DNA of 56,504 nucleotides, filler included, from Somniosus microcephalus (GCA_052327205.1; 3 parts of 3 records of this genome joined end to end with filler, not necessarily neighbours in it), one strand, 5' to 3'; positions 23,332-35,699 are shown, counted from the whole stretch's first letter. The notes: generated by a model from the sequence alone, not told the origin. A program made the numbers and translations.

Positions 23332-24390
23332 AAAGGCAGCAGGACAGGTAGATAAGGTGGTTAAAAAGGCATATGGGATACTTGCCTTCATTAGCTGAGG
23401 CATAGAATATAAGAGCAGGGAGGTTATGATGGAGCTGTACAAAACACTAGTTAGGCCACAGCTGGAATACTGTGTGCAGTTCTGGTCGCCACACTATAGG
23501 AAGGATGTGATTGCATTGGAGAGGGTGCAGAGGAGATTTACCAGGATGTTACCTGGGCTGGAGCGCTTCAGCTATGAAGAAAGACTGGACAGGCTGGGGT
23601 TGTTTTCCTTAGAGCAGAGAAGGCTGAGGGGGGATCTGATTGAGGTGTACAAAATTATGAGGGGCATAGATAGGGTAGATAGAAAGGAACTTTTCCCCTT
23701 AGTAGAGGGGTCAATAACCAGGGGGCATAGTTTCAAGGTAAGGGGCAGGAGGTTTAGAGGGGATTTGAGGAATAACTTTTTCACCCAGAGGGTGGTTGGA
23801 ATCTGGAACTCACTGCCTGAAAGGGTGGTAGAGGCAGGAACCCTCACAACATTCAAGAAGCACGGTGGCATAGCGGTTAGCACTGTTGCCTCACAGCGCC
23901 AGGGACCCGGGTTCAAATCCGGCCTCGGGTGACTGTCTGTGTGGAGTTTGCACATTCTCCCCCTGTTTGCGTGGGTTTCCTCCGGGTGCTCCGGTTTCCT
24001 CCCACAGTCCAAAGATGTGCGGGTTAGGTTGATTGGCCATGATAAAAATTGGCCCTTAGTGTTAGGGGGGATTAAATACGTGGGGTTACGGGGTTACGGG
24101 GATAGGGCTTGTGTGGGATGGCTGTCAGTGTAGGGACTGGGTGCTAGGGTTTGGATGATCAGCCATGATCTCGTTGAATGGCGGAGCAGGCTCGAAGGGC
24201 CGAATGGCCTACTCCTGCTCCTATCTTCTATGTTTCTATGTAGATGAGCACTTGAAACGCCATAGCATACAAGGCTACGGACCAAGTGCTGGAAAATGGG
24301 ATTAGAATAGACAGGGTTTGATGGCCGGTACGGACACGATGGGCCAAAGGGCCTCTTTCTGTGCTGTATAACTCTATTACTCTATGACCT
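23332..24390 (+). mobile_element. CR1 3' fragment interrupted by SINE
   Basis: LYKTLVRPQLEYCVQFWSP; resumes tagatgagcacttg at 24241. Confidence 0.9.
23859..24240 (+). mobile_element. HE1-like V-SINE with CR1-type tail
   Basis: tRNA head cacggtggcatagcggttagc..gggttcaaatcc; V domain gtggagtttgcacattctcccc..gtttcctccgggtgctccggtttcctccca. Confidence 0.85.
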
Positions 24391-24394
24391 ATAT

Positions 24395-24818
24395 ATTGGC
24401 TCCCGGTTAAGCAACGCCTCGATTTAAAAATTCTCATCCTTGTTTTCAAATCCCTCCATGGCCTTGCCTCTTCCTATCTCTGTAACCTCCTCCAGCCCTG
24501 CAACCCTCCAAGATGTCTGCGCTCCTCCAATTCTGGCCTCTTGCGCATCCCTGATTTTCATCGCTCCACCATTGGTGGCCGTGCCTTCAGCCGCCTGGGC
24601 CCCGAGCTCTGGAATTCCCTCCCTAAACCTCTCCGCCTCTCTTTCCTCCTTTAAGACGCTCCTTAAAACCTCCCTCTTTAACCAATCTTTTGGTCACCTG
24701 TCCTAATATCTCCTTATGTGGCTCGGTGTCAAATATTGTCTGATAATCGTTCCTGTGAAGCGCCTTGGGACATTTTACTACGTTAAAGGTGCTATATAAA
24801 TACAAGTTGATGTTGTAG
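24395..24818 (+). mobile_element. L2 3' end
   Basis: Near-consensus match to the other L2 tails. Confidence 0.85.
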
Positions 24819-25394
24819 TTTAAGATCCCCTTAAAACCCACCCCATGGACCAAGCTTTTGGTCACTCTTAATATATCCTTCAGTATATTCTTCCATACAC
24901 CGCTGCAAAACACTGTGAATGTTTTTTAACGGTAAAGGCTGTATGTCTATGTATGTGTGTGTGTTCATATTTTATGATATTTGCAAGCCAGAAATGATGC
25001 CTTTGATTAAATATATTTGAACACTGATTCATGATCTGAGGTATTTGGCTTGATTCAGATTGTCAGTAACTTCTGTAAATGCTTCAGTTCTACGAGTTAG
25101 ATCAACAACCACAACTCCAGGTAAAATTGCTCTTAATGAAAAATGGGAGAAAACCTTTTTATGCTCCATAATTGATGGTCCGTCAATGAAATTGCACAAA
25201 TCACAGTCTCACAAACCCATTTTACCAACATGCATGGCTCCTGACACCTGGGATTTCGAAGAAGGCTGATTTCATTCGCTGATAATGGAGGACAGAAGGT
25301 TTGCTGAGGATTTCCGCCACCTCCACGTCCTAAGTTTCACTAAAATTGTGCCATGCAAAATTGTCCCAATTCTTTGCAGTAATGAAAAAATACA

Positions 25395-26028
25395 CAGTTA
25401 GCCTTTATTACAAAGGGATTTGAGTATAAGAGTAAAGACGTTTTACTGCAATTATATAGGCCCTTGGTGAGACCACACCTGGAGTACTGTGTACAGTTTT
25501 AGTCTCCTTACCTAAGGAAGGATATACTTGCCTTAGAGGGAGTGCAACGAATCATTAGACTGATTCCTGGGATGAGAGGATTGTCCTATGAGGAGAGATT
25601 GAGTAGACTAGGCCTATATTCCCTCCAGTTTAAAAGAATGAGAGGTGATCTCATTGAAATATATAAAATTCTTACAGGGCTTGACAGGGTAGATGCAGGG
25701 AGGATGTTTCCCCTGACTGGGGAGTCAAGAACCAGGGGTCACAGTCTGAGAATAAGGGGTCGGCCATTTAGGACTGAGATGAGGAGAAATTTCTTCATTC
25801 AGAGGGTGGTGAATCTTTGGAATTCTGTACCCCAGAGGGCTGTGGAGGCTCAGTCGCGTATATTCAACACAGAGGTTAATAGATGGATACTAAGGGAATC
25901 AAGGGATATGGGGCTGGAAGGTGGAGAATGAGGTAGAAGATCAGCCATGATCTTAATGAATGGCGGAGCAGGCTCGAAGGGCCGAGTGGCCGACTCCTGC
26001 TCCTATTTCTTATGTTCTTGTGTTCTTA
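25395..26028 (+). mobile_element. CR1 3' fragment
   Basis: RGDLIEIYKIL..TRGHSLRIRG; ttcttatgttcttg tail. Confidence 0.9.
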
Positions 26029-26617
26029 ATAGGCATGCAATCACAAAATTCCATGCACTTAATTCTGCTGTGTGTGCTAAAGCACATTTTAGTTGGCATA
26101 CTTTTACAATGACATCACCACGTTTACATATAGTTCCCCTTGATGACAATCCCACACAAATCTGAAACTTTCCCTGTCTGTACTTTTTACTAGAACGAGT
26201 GAGTGTTCACATGTCAGAATAGATTTTAACCTGATTACTGCGAAACCACTTAATGGCTTTGTGAGATACCATTGTTGTTGCATTCCAAAACACTGGCCAG
26301 ACTCTTGAACAGAGTAATTTGTTCAACGTTTTACAACGTGAAATCCTTGCTTGCTTTGTACTGTTGTAATCCAGGTTGCTTTTAGTTCTCATTTTGAACT
26401 ATGCCTTACCTCAAATGCATTGTGTACGTGGAGGTCCCTAAGGCAAAAATAGGAAACTGAGCAGCAAGTAAAAACAGACCTACGCCCATCTATTGTCTTT
26501 GATGATGATCTTACCATGTTACGTTATGGAGTCAACAATCTACTGTGTCCGCTTCAGATATATTTGTAAATAGTTCTTTTAACCCTTTTGATGGCTGCTA
26601 TTGTGCTGAATTAGCCC

Positions 26618-26912
26618 ATTAAGGAGTGATTTGATTGAAGTTTTCAAGATATTAAGGGGAACAGATAGGGTAGACTACCCTATGTCAACTGGTTGGGGAG
26701 TCTAGGACTAGGGGACATGGCCTAAAAATTAGAGGCAGACCTTTCAGGAGTGAAATTAGGAAACACTTCTACATACAAAGGGTGGTCGAAGTTTGGAACT
26801 CTCTTTCGCAAACGGCAATTGATGCCAGATCAATTGTTAATTTTAAATCTGAGATTGATAGATCTTCGTTAACCAAAGTTATTAAGGGATATGGGCCAAA
26901 GGCGGGTAGATG
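26618..26912 (+). mobile_element. CR1 fragment
   Basis: VVEVWNSLSQTAIDARS. Confidence 0.75.
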
Positions 26913-27432
26913 GGATGTGGACGTCACTAGCGAGGCCAGCATTTATTGCCCATCCCTAATTGCCCTTGAGAAGGTGGTGGTGAGCCGCCGCCTTGAACCG
27001 CTGCAGTCCGTGTGGTGAAGGTGCTCCCACAGTGCTGTTAGGGAGGGAGTTCCAGGATTTTGACCCAGCGACGATGAAGGATCGGCGATATACTTCTAAG
27101 TCAGGATGGTGTGTGACTTGGAGGGGAATTTGGAGGTGGTGGTGTTCCCATGCGCCTGCTGCCCTTGTCCTTCTAGGTGGAAGAGGTGGCAGTTTTGGGA
27201 GGTGCTGCCAAAGAAGCCTTGGCGAGTTGCTGCAGTGCATCTTGTAGATGGTACACACTGTAGCCACGGTGCGCCGGTGGTGGAGGGAGTGAATGTTTAA
27301 GGTGGTGGATGGGGTGCCAATCAAGCGGGCTGCTTTGTCCTGGATGGTGTCGAGCTTCTTGAGTGTTGTTGGAGCTGCACTCATCCAGGCAAGTGGAGAG
27401 TATTCCATCACACTCCTGACTTGTGCCTTGTA
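26913..27432 (-). mobile_element. Zenon-like LINE 3' fragment
   Basis: YKAQVRSVMEYSPLAW..HHLLKGN*. Confidence 0.85.
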
Positions 27433-27950
27433 GCTGGTTTGGAACTCTCTTCTGCAAATGGCAGTTGATGCTAGATCAATTAATTTTAAATCTGAGATTG
27501 ATAGCTTTCTGTTAACCAAAGGTACAGGAAACTTTGTGCTATCCGGCACCGACGGGACCGAGCTGTTGCCGTTCCCTCAAAACTGCCGGACACTCCAGCG
27601 CTAATGTTGAAAGATACGGAAGCTTCTGAGCTCCGTATCTGTCAACAAACCCTACAGCTTCTAAACAGTCCAAGCGTCTCTGTAGCTTAGCAACAGCTTC
27701 AGCAGACCTTGCAGAGCTTGACTGTTGAGGAAAAAAGCAACGAGAAGAAAAAAAACCCAACGAAAACGGCTCCTGATTTTTGCCGGTGGCTCGAGCATTG
27801 CGGACAGTTAGCCTCCGGATAACACACAGTTTCCTGTATTAGGGATATTGATCAAAGGCGGGTATATGGAGTTAGGTTGCATATCAGCCATGATCTCATT
27901 GACTGGCGGAACAGGCTCGAGGGGTTAAATGGGCTCCTCCTGTTCCTATT
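27433..27950 (+). mobile_element. CR1 3' end carrying a MITE
   Basis: Same subfamily as 21921-22468. Confidence 0.8.
27525..27836. mobile_element. Second copy of the Tc1/pogo-type MITE (inverted relative to the first)
   Basis: CAGGAAACT..AGTTTCCTG, TA duplication; internal similarity to 22011-22325. Confidence 0.85.
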
Positions 27951-28164
27951 CTGGAGAATCAGGCCAGGCTTCAATGCTTTTGCATTGGCTATTGAAATGA
28001 TGGGCAGGAACTCACTGCCTGCCTTTCACAGAAGCAGAAAACCCCGGCACTAGTTTATATTTTTGTCACAAAAAGCTCAACGATGGAATTGCCCTAATTG
28101 TATAACCTGTCACTGTTCCAGTTTCACAGAATCTAGCCGTGTTGTCTTGCTGCTGTAGTGTAGA

Positions 28165-28655
28165 AGCTTACAGCGCAGAAGGAGGCCATTCGGCCCGTCG
28201 TATCTGTGCTGGCTCTTTGAAAGAGCCGTCGTGCTCAGTCCCACCCCCCCCCCCACCGCTTTTTGTCCGTAACCCTGTCAGTTCCTCATCCTCCAGAACT
28301 CATCCAACTCCCTTTTAAAATTATTGATGGAATTAGCTTCCACCACTCTTCCAGGTCGAGCGTTCCAGATCCTGACAACTCTCTGAGTGAAAAAAATTCC
28401 TCCTCATCTCCCCTCTAGATTTTTTGCCAATGATTTTGAATCTATGACCTCTAGTTATTGACCTACTGGCTGGAGGAAATATTTTTTCCCTTATTTATTT
28501 GTGTCGATACCCCTCGTCATCTTGAAAGCCTCTATTAGGTCACCTCTTAACCTTCTTCTGTTCCAAGGAGAACAGTCTGAACCTTTCTAACCTCTCCTCA
28601 TAACTGAAGCCCCTTAGACCTGGCCACATCCTGGTAGGACCTCCTCTGCACCCTT
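28165..28655 (-). mobile_element. Older CR1 3' fragment
   Basis: gaaggaggccattcggccc tail and degenerate ORF2 end. Confidence 0.7.
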
Positions 28656-28757
28656 TCAGTATGAAACTGGAAGGTCCGCAGTCAGAAAGCGAAGTTTCTT
28701 TTCCATACTGCTGCACTTCTCGACTACAAAATCGTACAAATTAAAGAATGATGGTTC

Positions 28758-29639
28758 TGTGTGCGTGGGGGTGTGTGGGGGGGTGCGNNNNNNNNNNNNN
28801 NNNNNNNNNNNNNNNNNNNNNNNNNNNNNNNNNNNNNNNNNNNNNNNNNNNNNNNNNNNNNNNNNNNNNNNNNNNNNNNNNNNNNNNNNNNNNNNNNNNN
28901 NNNNNNNNNNNNNNNNNNNNNNNNNNNNNNNNNNNNNNNNNNNNNNNNNNNNNNNNNNNNNNNNNNNNNNNNNNNNNNNNNNNNNNNNNNNNNNNNNNNN
29001 NNNNNNNNNNNNNNNNNNNNNNNNNNNNNNNNNNNNNNNNNNNNNNNNNNNNNNNNNNNNNNNNNNNNNNNNNNNNNNNNNNNNNNNNNNNNNNNNNNNN
29101 NNNNNNNNNNNNNNNNNNNNNNNNNNNNNNNNNNNNNNNNNNNNNNNNNNNNNNNNNNNNNNNNNNNNNNNNNNNNNNNNNNNNNNNNNNNNNNNNNNNN
29201 NNNNNNNNNNNNNNNNNNNNNNNNNNNNNNNNNNNNNNNNNNNNNNNNNNNNNNNNNNNNNNNNNNNNNNNNNNNNNNNNNNNNNNNNNNNNNNNNNNNN
29301 NNNNNNNNNNNNNNNNNNNNNNNNNNNNNNNNNNNNNNNNNNNNNNNNNNNNNNNNNNNNNNNNNNNNNNNNNNNNNNNNNNNNNNNNNNNNNNNGGGGT
29401 GGGGGGGTGTGTGTGTGTGTGGGGGGGTGGGGGGGGGGTGTGTGTGTGTGTGGGGGGGTGGGGGGGGTGTGTGTGGGGGGGTGGGGGGGTGTGTGTGTGC
29501 GTGGGGGTGTGTGTGGGGGGGTGGGGGGGTCCGTGTGTGTGGGTGTGTGTGTGGGGGTGTGTGGGGGGGTGGGGGTGTGTGTGTGTGTGTGTGTGTGTGG
29601 GGGGGTGGGGGGGGGGGTGTGGGGGGGGGGGTGTGTGTG
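28758..29639. repeat. G/GT-rich low-complexity tract with N run
   Basis: Direct; N at 28788-29396. Confidence 0.9.
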
Positions 29640-31442
29640 AGAGAAAAACCAGAAACACTTTTTGCTGACTGTTACAACAATGGGACAAAAAGTAACCTCA
29701 TTTTCTACTCAGATCAGCCAGTGGCTTGGATCACAGCAATAAAATCACACTATACCAATGTTAAGCTAGAAAATACCGCAAATGGGTCCATAATGAAAAT
29801 TAACACACCAGGAGACAGTTCAACTACGACGGTCAACGCGTACAATACCGGGACAATATTAGTGCAAGGCAACCTCGACAAATTTGCAACGGCCTTCAGG
29901 ACACTGAAAAAATTAACTAAGGGGGGAAGGAACAGCCCCAGAGTGGCCCGCACTCCCCCCAACATTGACAACTTACCAGGAGAAAATCTGCCTGGTCAGG
30001 AGGTGAACGAGCCACACAGTTCAAACCAGACACTAACCCCGGGGAACCACAGCCACACGATACAACTGACAAACCCCAGCATAACTACCAGGGAGGAAGC
30101 CACACATAGTCCCCCTACCATTCCCAGCTCACCAAGAGAAGAGCAGCATAGCCAGGAAGTGAGTGAGCCCTCCAGGGCCGACCAGCCGAGCCAGGAAGTG
30201 AGTGAGCCTACCAGGGCCGACCAGACACATACCCCGGGATCACACAGCCAGATACAACCAAAAGATAAATTTAATCAATTAGAGATAGAGATGGTTAAAC
30301 TTAGAGAGGACTTCCTCAAAATGAATGACAATCAAAATCAGGAGAGGGAGAGACACAAGAGAGAGCTGAAGCTACTTGAGAACCAGGTGAATCTACTTAG
30401 GAATCAGGTGAAAGAGCTGCAGGAAAAAGAAGAGAGCCATAGAGGAGAGAAAACACCATTAGACCAGCAACCAGAGGCTAGAGATAAGACAAGACAGAGC
30501 CGGACGGAACGGCTGCACTCCCACACGGAACAAAAGCAACAGACACACAATACAAGGGGTGCCACACAGACCGACCAGCATACTGATTCGCAATCTTCCC
30601 CCACCACCGTGGAACCACAAGCGGGCCGCTCACAAGAGGTACGCACACACCAGACACCCCAGCCCAGCACACACACTATGAGTCCAAGCGAAAGCCACCA
30701 GACAGTAAACACAAACAAGGCTGACGTCGTAATACTCATCGACTCAAATGGGAAATTTCTATGGGAGAAAAAGCTATTCCCTAGAAGTAAAGTAGAAAAG
30801 ATCTGGTGCCCAACAACAAACAGAGCCATGGGATGGCTGACCAAAGCCAGATTAGGCTCCCCCCAACACATAATAATACACACGGGCACAAATGACCTAA
30901 AGACCCAACAGAAAGAAGTAGCAACATCGCTCAGAGCAATGATTAGGAAAGCAAGCAGTACATTTCCAAACACTAGAATCACTGTTTCCACAATATTGCC
31001 GAGAACAGACTTCAACAACAACACAATTCATGAGATAAATGCCAGCATAGCAAGAGACTGCGAATCAAACCACAACGTACACCTGGCCCAACACCCCACC
31101 CTCGATGAGGAATGTCTTTACGACCACGTCCACATCCAAAGGCAAAGAATATCGATCCTTGCTAAAGCCCTGAAGGACGTCGCTTTTAACCGGGTCCATA
31201 CCCAGACTCCAAGAGGACCCCCCCCCGACCACCAGAGATCAGCGGGGTACATATCAGGAACACTACAAGGACCACCAACACACCAACCGAGACCAGAGAG
31301 GATCCCCATGCAAAACAACAATGTCAGACCTGCACCACTCCTGTCCCACAGGGGAATAGGACTGCTCCCAGCCAGACAGAGGGAGAGATGCACAGGACGT
31401 ACGCAATACCTCAGACAGAAACAATCCATTAAGAGACAATAA
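29640..31442 (+). CDS. LINE ORF1p, N-terminally truncated, with coiled coil and SGNH/GDSL esterase domain
   Basis: Open for about 600 codons; blocks VVILIDSNG, IIIHTGTND, LYDHVH; heptad-like LEIEMVKLRE..LENQVNLLRNQVKEL. Confidence 0.8.
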   Translation, partial: REKPETLFADCYNNGTKSNLIFYSDQPVAWITAIKSHYTNVKLENTANGSIMKINTPGDSSTTTVNAYNTGTILVQGNLDKFATAFRTLKKLTKGGRNSPRVARTPPNIDNLPGENLPGQEVNEPHSSNQTLTPGNHSHTIQLTNPSITTREEATHSPPTIPSSPREEQHSQEVSEPSRADQPSQEVSEPTRADQTHTPGSHSQIQPKDKFNQLEIEMVKLREDFLKMNDNQNQERERHKRELKLLENQVNLLRNQVKELQEKEESHRGEKTPLDQQPEARDKTRQSRTERLHSHTEQKQQTHNTRGATQTDQHTDSQSSPTTVEPQAGRSQEVRTHQTPQPSTHTMSPSESHQTVNTNKADVVILIDSNGKFLWEKKLFPRSKVEKIWCPTTNRAMGWLTKARLGSPQHIIIHTGTNDLKTQQKEVATSLRAMIRKASSTFPNTRITVSTILPRTDFNNNTIHEINASIARDCESNHNVHLAQHPTLDEECLYDHVHIQRQRISILAKALKDVAFNRVHTQTPRGPPPDHQRSAGYISGTLQGPPTHQPRPERIPMQNNNVRPAPLLSHRGIGLLPARQRERCTGRTQYLRQKQSIKRQ

Positions 31443-31621
31443 GCAGATGTGCAGCAGCATCTACTTCCGCCTTATGGATCAAGGACTAATTAATAGAAAG
31501 AACTGTAACCAAATTGTATTAACTTTTGTAGACAACTGATGTGATCTTTTTTTTCCCCACACTTAGACACGACAAACACGTACCACTCTTTAACCTATCA
31601 TAGTAAAAGATCAAACTTAAC

Positions 31622-34600
31622 ATGAAATCCTTATATATTTCGACCTGGAATATCCAAGGTCTACGCTCTTCACTGCGAGAAGTGAAAAGTAGGACCCCAG
31701 AGTTCATAGATGAAACTAAAGACCTAGATATTATCATTTTACAGGAAACTTGGTATAAAGGAAAAGGACACACTGGCTGTCCCCAAGGGTACACTGAGCT
31801 GGTGGTGCCTCCAATAAATTACCAAGTGTAACCAAGGCAGAGACTCCGGAGGCATACTGATCTGGTTTAAAACAGAACTTAAGAATTACATCAAATTTAT
31901 AAAAAAGGGCGAAACCATATGTGGCTCAAACTTGAGAGGGAGATTATCTCAAACACCCAAGATGTTTACATTTGCGCACTTTATATCCCTCCAATCGATT
32001 CCCCGTACTTTAAAGAGGACACCTTCTCCAACATGGAGGGGGAAATTATCCAATACCAGGCCCAGGGAACGTGTTGATCTGTGGGGACCTCAATTCAAGA
32101 ACGGGCGAAGAACCAGACTTCACCAATAATCAGGGAAACAATTATGTTTTCGGGAATAACACTTTGACATCCCTTCCCTTCCATACAGGCATAACTGCGA
32201 CAAGCAGTCAAATACCAACGGAAAACAGCTACTACAGCTCTGTCGAAACCTGGGTCTGTACATTGTCAATGGTAGGTTCATAGGAGACCTCCTAGGAAGA
32301 TCGACCTATTGCTCACCTCTTGGCTGCAGCACAGTAGACTATATTATATGATTACAGACTTAGACCCATCCTCTTTCAGAGCATTCACAGTCAAACCACA
32401 AACAACACTGTCAGATCACAGTCAAATTACTATGTTCCTCAAAAAGACAGAAACAAACAACATAGAAACACAACCCAGTAAACTGTACAACACCAAAAAA
32501 TCGTACAGATGGGCCAAAAACGACACGGAAAAATACCAGAAAACAATTAGCAATGCATCAACTCAAGCTCTCTTAGACACCTTTCTGGATAACATATACA
32601 CTCACAATAAAGAAGGCGTAAACCGGGCAGTTAGTAAACTAAACAATATTTTTGATAATTTGGCAACAAATGCAAACTTGAAAGCTCGCAAGAACAAACC
32701 CAAAACAAAAAACTATGAAAAATGGTTTGACCGAGATTGCCATAACATGAGGAAAAAACTTAGAAAAATATCAAACCAAAAACACAGACATCCAGAAAAC
32801 GAGGAACTACGCCTTACTTATTGTCAGACACTAACACAATACAGAAACACACTCAGAACCAAAAAAGAGCAATATATTAAGAATACACTCAGCTCCATGG
32901 AGGAATCCATTGATTCCAATTGTTTCTGGGAAAACTTGAAAACACTACACAAAAAACAACACGACGATTTGGCCATTCAAAATGGGGACACATGGGTAAA
33001 CCACTTTGAAAAATTATACCAGAAAAGAACACTAAGACCAGAGCAACACCAAATATGCAAAAAACTGGAAAAGCTAGAAATGGCCATAAAAGATAACCAA
33101 AACCCGCTGGACGCCATAATAACAGAAAAAGAACTTCTTGAAAAACTCGAGGACCTGCGACCAGGAAAAGCCTGCGGGACAGATGGCATACTAAACGAGA
33201 TGATTAAACACACAGACAACAAAATGAAACTGGCTATCCTAAAACTCTTCAACTTGGTTCTGAGTGTCGGTTATTTCCCTGATATCTGGAACAAAGGACT
33301 CATAACGCCCATATACAAAAGTGGGGACAAAATCGACCCAAACAACTATCGAGGCATCTGTGTAAACAGTAACCTGGGGAAGGTATTCTGTAGCATCATA
33401 AACAAAAGACTTATAAACTTCCTTGAGGAGCACAATGTCTTGAGTAAAAGCCAAATTGGATTCCTGCCAAACTATAGAACATCCGATCATATCTTCACCC
33501 TACAGACCCTAATTGACAAACACGTTCACAATAACAAAAGCAAAATCTACGCATGCTTTGTAGATTTCCAGAAGGCTTTCGACTCCATCTGGCATGACGG
33601 TTTATTCCTGAAACTTATCGAAAGTGGGGTAGGAGGGAAAACATATGATGTAATTAAATCAATGTATACAAACAACAAATGTGCAGTTAAAATTGGAGAC
33701 AAACAAACAAAATACTTCCCACAGGGGCGGGGGGTGACGCAGGGCTCGCCAATCTCACCGACACTCTTTAATATTTACATAAATGGATTGGCAAAACTAC
33801 TTGAACAATCTACAGCACCCGGCCTCACCCTATATGAATCCAAGGTTAAATTCCTCCTCTATGCAGACGACCTGGTTCTGCTGTCACCTACTAAAGAGGG
33901 GCTACAGCAAAACCTGGACCTGCTGGAGTCGTACTGCCAGACTTGGGCCCTGACAATAAATCCCCAAAAAACCAAAGTCCTTGTGTTCCAGCAAAGATCC
34001 AAACATCAGGGACCCAAAATAAATTTCACAGTAGGAACAACCAAAATTGAACAAACCACTAACTACACATACTTGGGCTTAAAAATCAGTTCTACGGGAA
34101 ACTTCAAACTGGCTGTGAATGAACTGAAAGAGAAAGCAAGAAGGGCTTTCTATGCCATCAAAAAATCAATCCAAATAGAAATCCCAATTAGCATTTGGCT
34201 CAAAATTTTCAAATCAGTAATTGAACCAATTGCACTCTATGGCAGTGAGGTATGGGGACCGCTAACTCAACAAGAATTTGCAAAATGGGACAAACACCCA
34301 ATTGAGATCCTACATGCAGAATTCTGTAAAAGTATCCTCCGGACTCAAAGGAAAACAGTAAACAATGCATGCAGGGCGGAACTAGGCCAATATCCATTAA
34401 TAATCACTATCCAAAAAAGAGCCACCAAATTTTGGAATCACCTACAAATGAGCAATCCCCAATGCTATCACTACGACGCCCTGAAATGCCAAGAGCTGAC
34501 CATAAAGAAGAATACCCTCAGTCAATTAGTCCTGGGACTCAGTGAAGTAACTACTAACAATACTAACAATAACCAGCCCCAGGACAGTGACAGGGTAACA

Positions 34601-35092
34601 CAAAGAATTCGACCCAACACAATCGTCGCTAAGCAAAAGGAAAAATATCTGACATATTGGGCAGAAACAACAAAAACCCAAAGCAAACTCAATTGCTACT
34701 TGGCCCTAAACAGACAATACAACATAGCTGATTACCTGACCATGGTAAAGGATAACAAACTGAGAAGAACCTTGACAAGGTACAGACTTAGCGAACATAG
34801 CCTAGCGATCGAAAAAGGCAGACACAGGCAGACCAGGCTGCCAAGAGAGGACAGGATATGCTCTCACTGCAGTCAGGGAGTGGTGGAGACAGAGATGCAC
34901 TTCCTCACAGCTTGTGGAAAATATCAGGGCATCAGGGAGAATTTCTACCAAAAATTCTCACAAATATGCCCTGATTTCAGAAATCTGAATGACAACCAAA
35001 AACTCCCATTCCTACTGGGAGAGGAGAGAAGCTGTATAACACTGGCGGCGCACTATGTTACAGCTTGCCATGAACAGAGGGACAACCAGTAA
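31622..35092 (+). CDS. LINE ORF2p: APE endonuclease (frameshifted, 31622 to about 32340), then intact RT and C-terminal zinc knuckle
   Basis: STWNIQG, ILQETW, ICGDLNSR, SDH; NYRGIC, FVDFQKAFD, QGSPISPTLFN, YADD; CSHC..HFLTAC; 927-aa uninterrupted ORF 32309-35092. Confidence 0.9.
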
Positions 35093-35433
35093 ACTAAGAA
35101 AAAAATATATATAGACAATGCGAATGTATGTTTATACACTCAGGGATATACCTGTTTATACACTGTATGAATAGAACTGCGTTTATGTGCTAAACCATAA
35201 ATGTATTTTGATGCTTTGGCAACATAAGATGTGACTTATCATGCCAATAAAGCGATTTAANNNNNNNNNNNNNNNNNNNNNNNNNNNNNNNNNNNNNNNN
35301 NNNNNNNNNNNNNNNNNNNNNNNNNNNNNNNNNNNNNNNNNNNNNNNNNNNNNNNNNNNNNNNNNNNNNNNNNNNNNNNNNNNNNNNNNNNNNNNNNNNN
35401 NNNNNNNNGGGGGTGTGTGTGTGGGGGGGTGGG

Positions 35434-35533
35434 NNNNNNNNNNNNNNNNNNNNNNNNNNNNNNNNNNNNNNNNNNNNTTAATTAATTAANNNNNNNNNNN
35501 NNNNNNNNNNNNNNNNNNNNNNNNNNNNNNNNN
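35434..35533. other. Artificial contig linker
   Basis: 44 N + TTAATTAATTAA + 44 N. Confidence 0.9.
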
Positions 35534-35610
35534 CCCCCCAGTCGCTCTCTCTCTTCCAGCAACAACATGACCTCGAAAAAGCCTCGGCACCCGCCGGGCA
35601 CTCCAGCTAG
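35534..35610 (+). mobile_element. Helitron-type 3' terminus
   Basis: Hairpin CTCGGC-accc-GCCGGG shortly before terminal CTAG (35607-35610), followed by T. Confidence 0.65.
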
Positions 35611-35699
35611 TTTCTTAATAAAGTATTAAAGCTGCTTTAACTAGACTGTCAAACCTACTACTTAATAAGAAAAGGCAGAGACCAAAATCTTATACTCAG

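Larger units (their letters stand above)
29640..35260 (+). mobile_element. Near full-length RTEX-like non-LTR retrotransposon
   Basis: Two-ORF layout (esterase ORF1, APE-RT-zinc knuckle ORF2); 3' UTR with AATAAA at 35246-35251; A-rich sense strand. Confidence 0.75.

Noticed and set aside
23859-23935. tRNA gene
   Set aside because: tRNA-like A/B boxes run straight into the V-SINE body
28741-29688. Long ORFs across N runs, including the N-terminal part of the 893-aa ORF
   Set aside because: Artefacts of Ns and GT repeats; only 29640 onward looks coding
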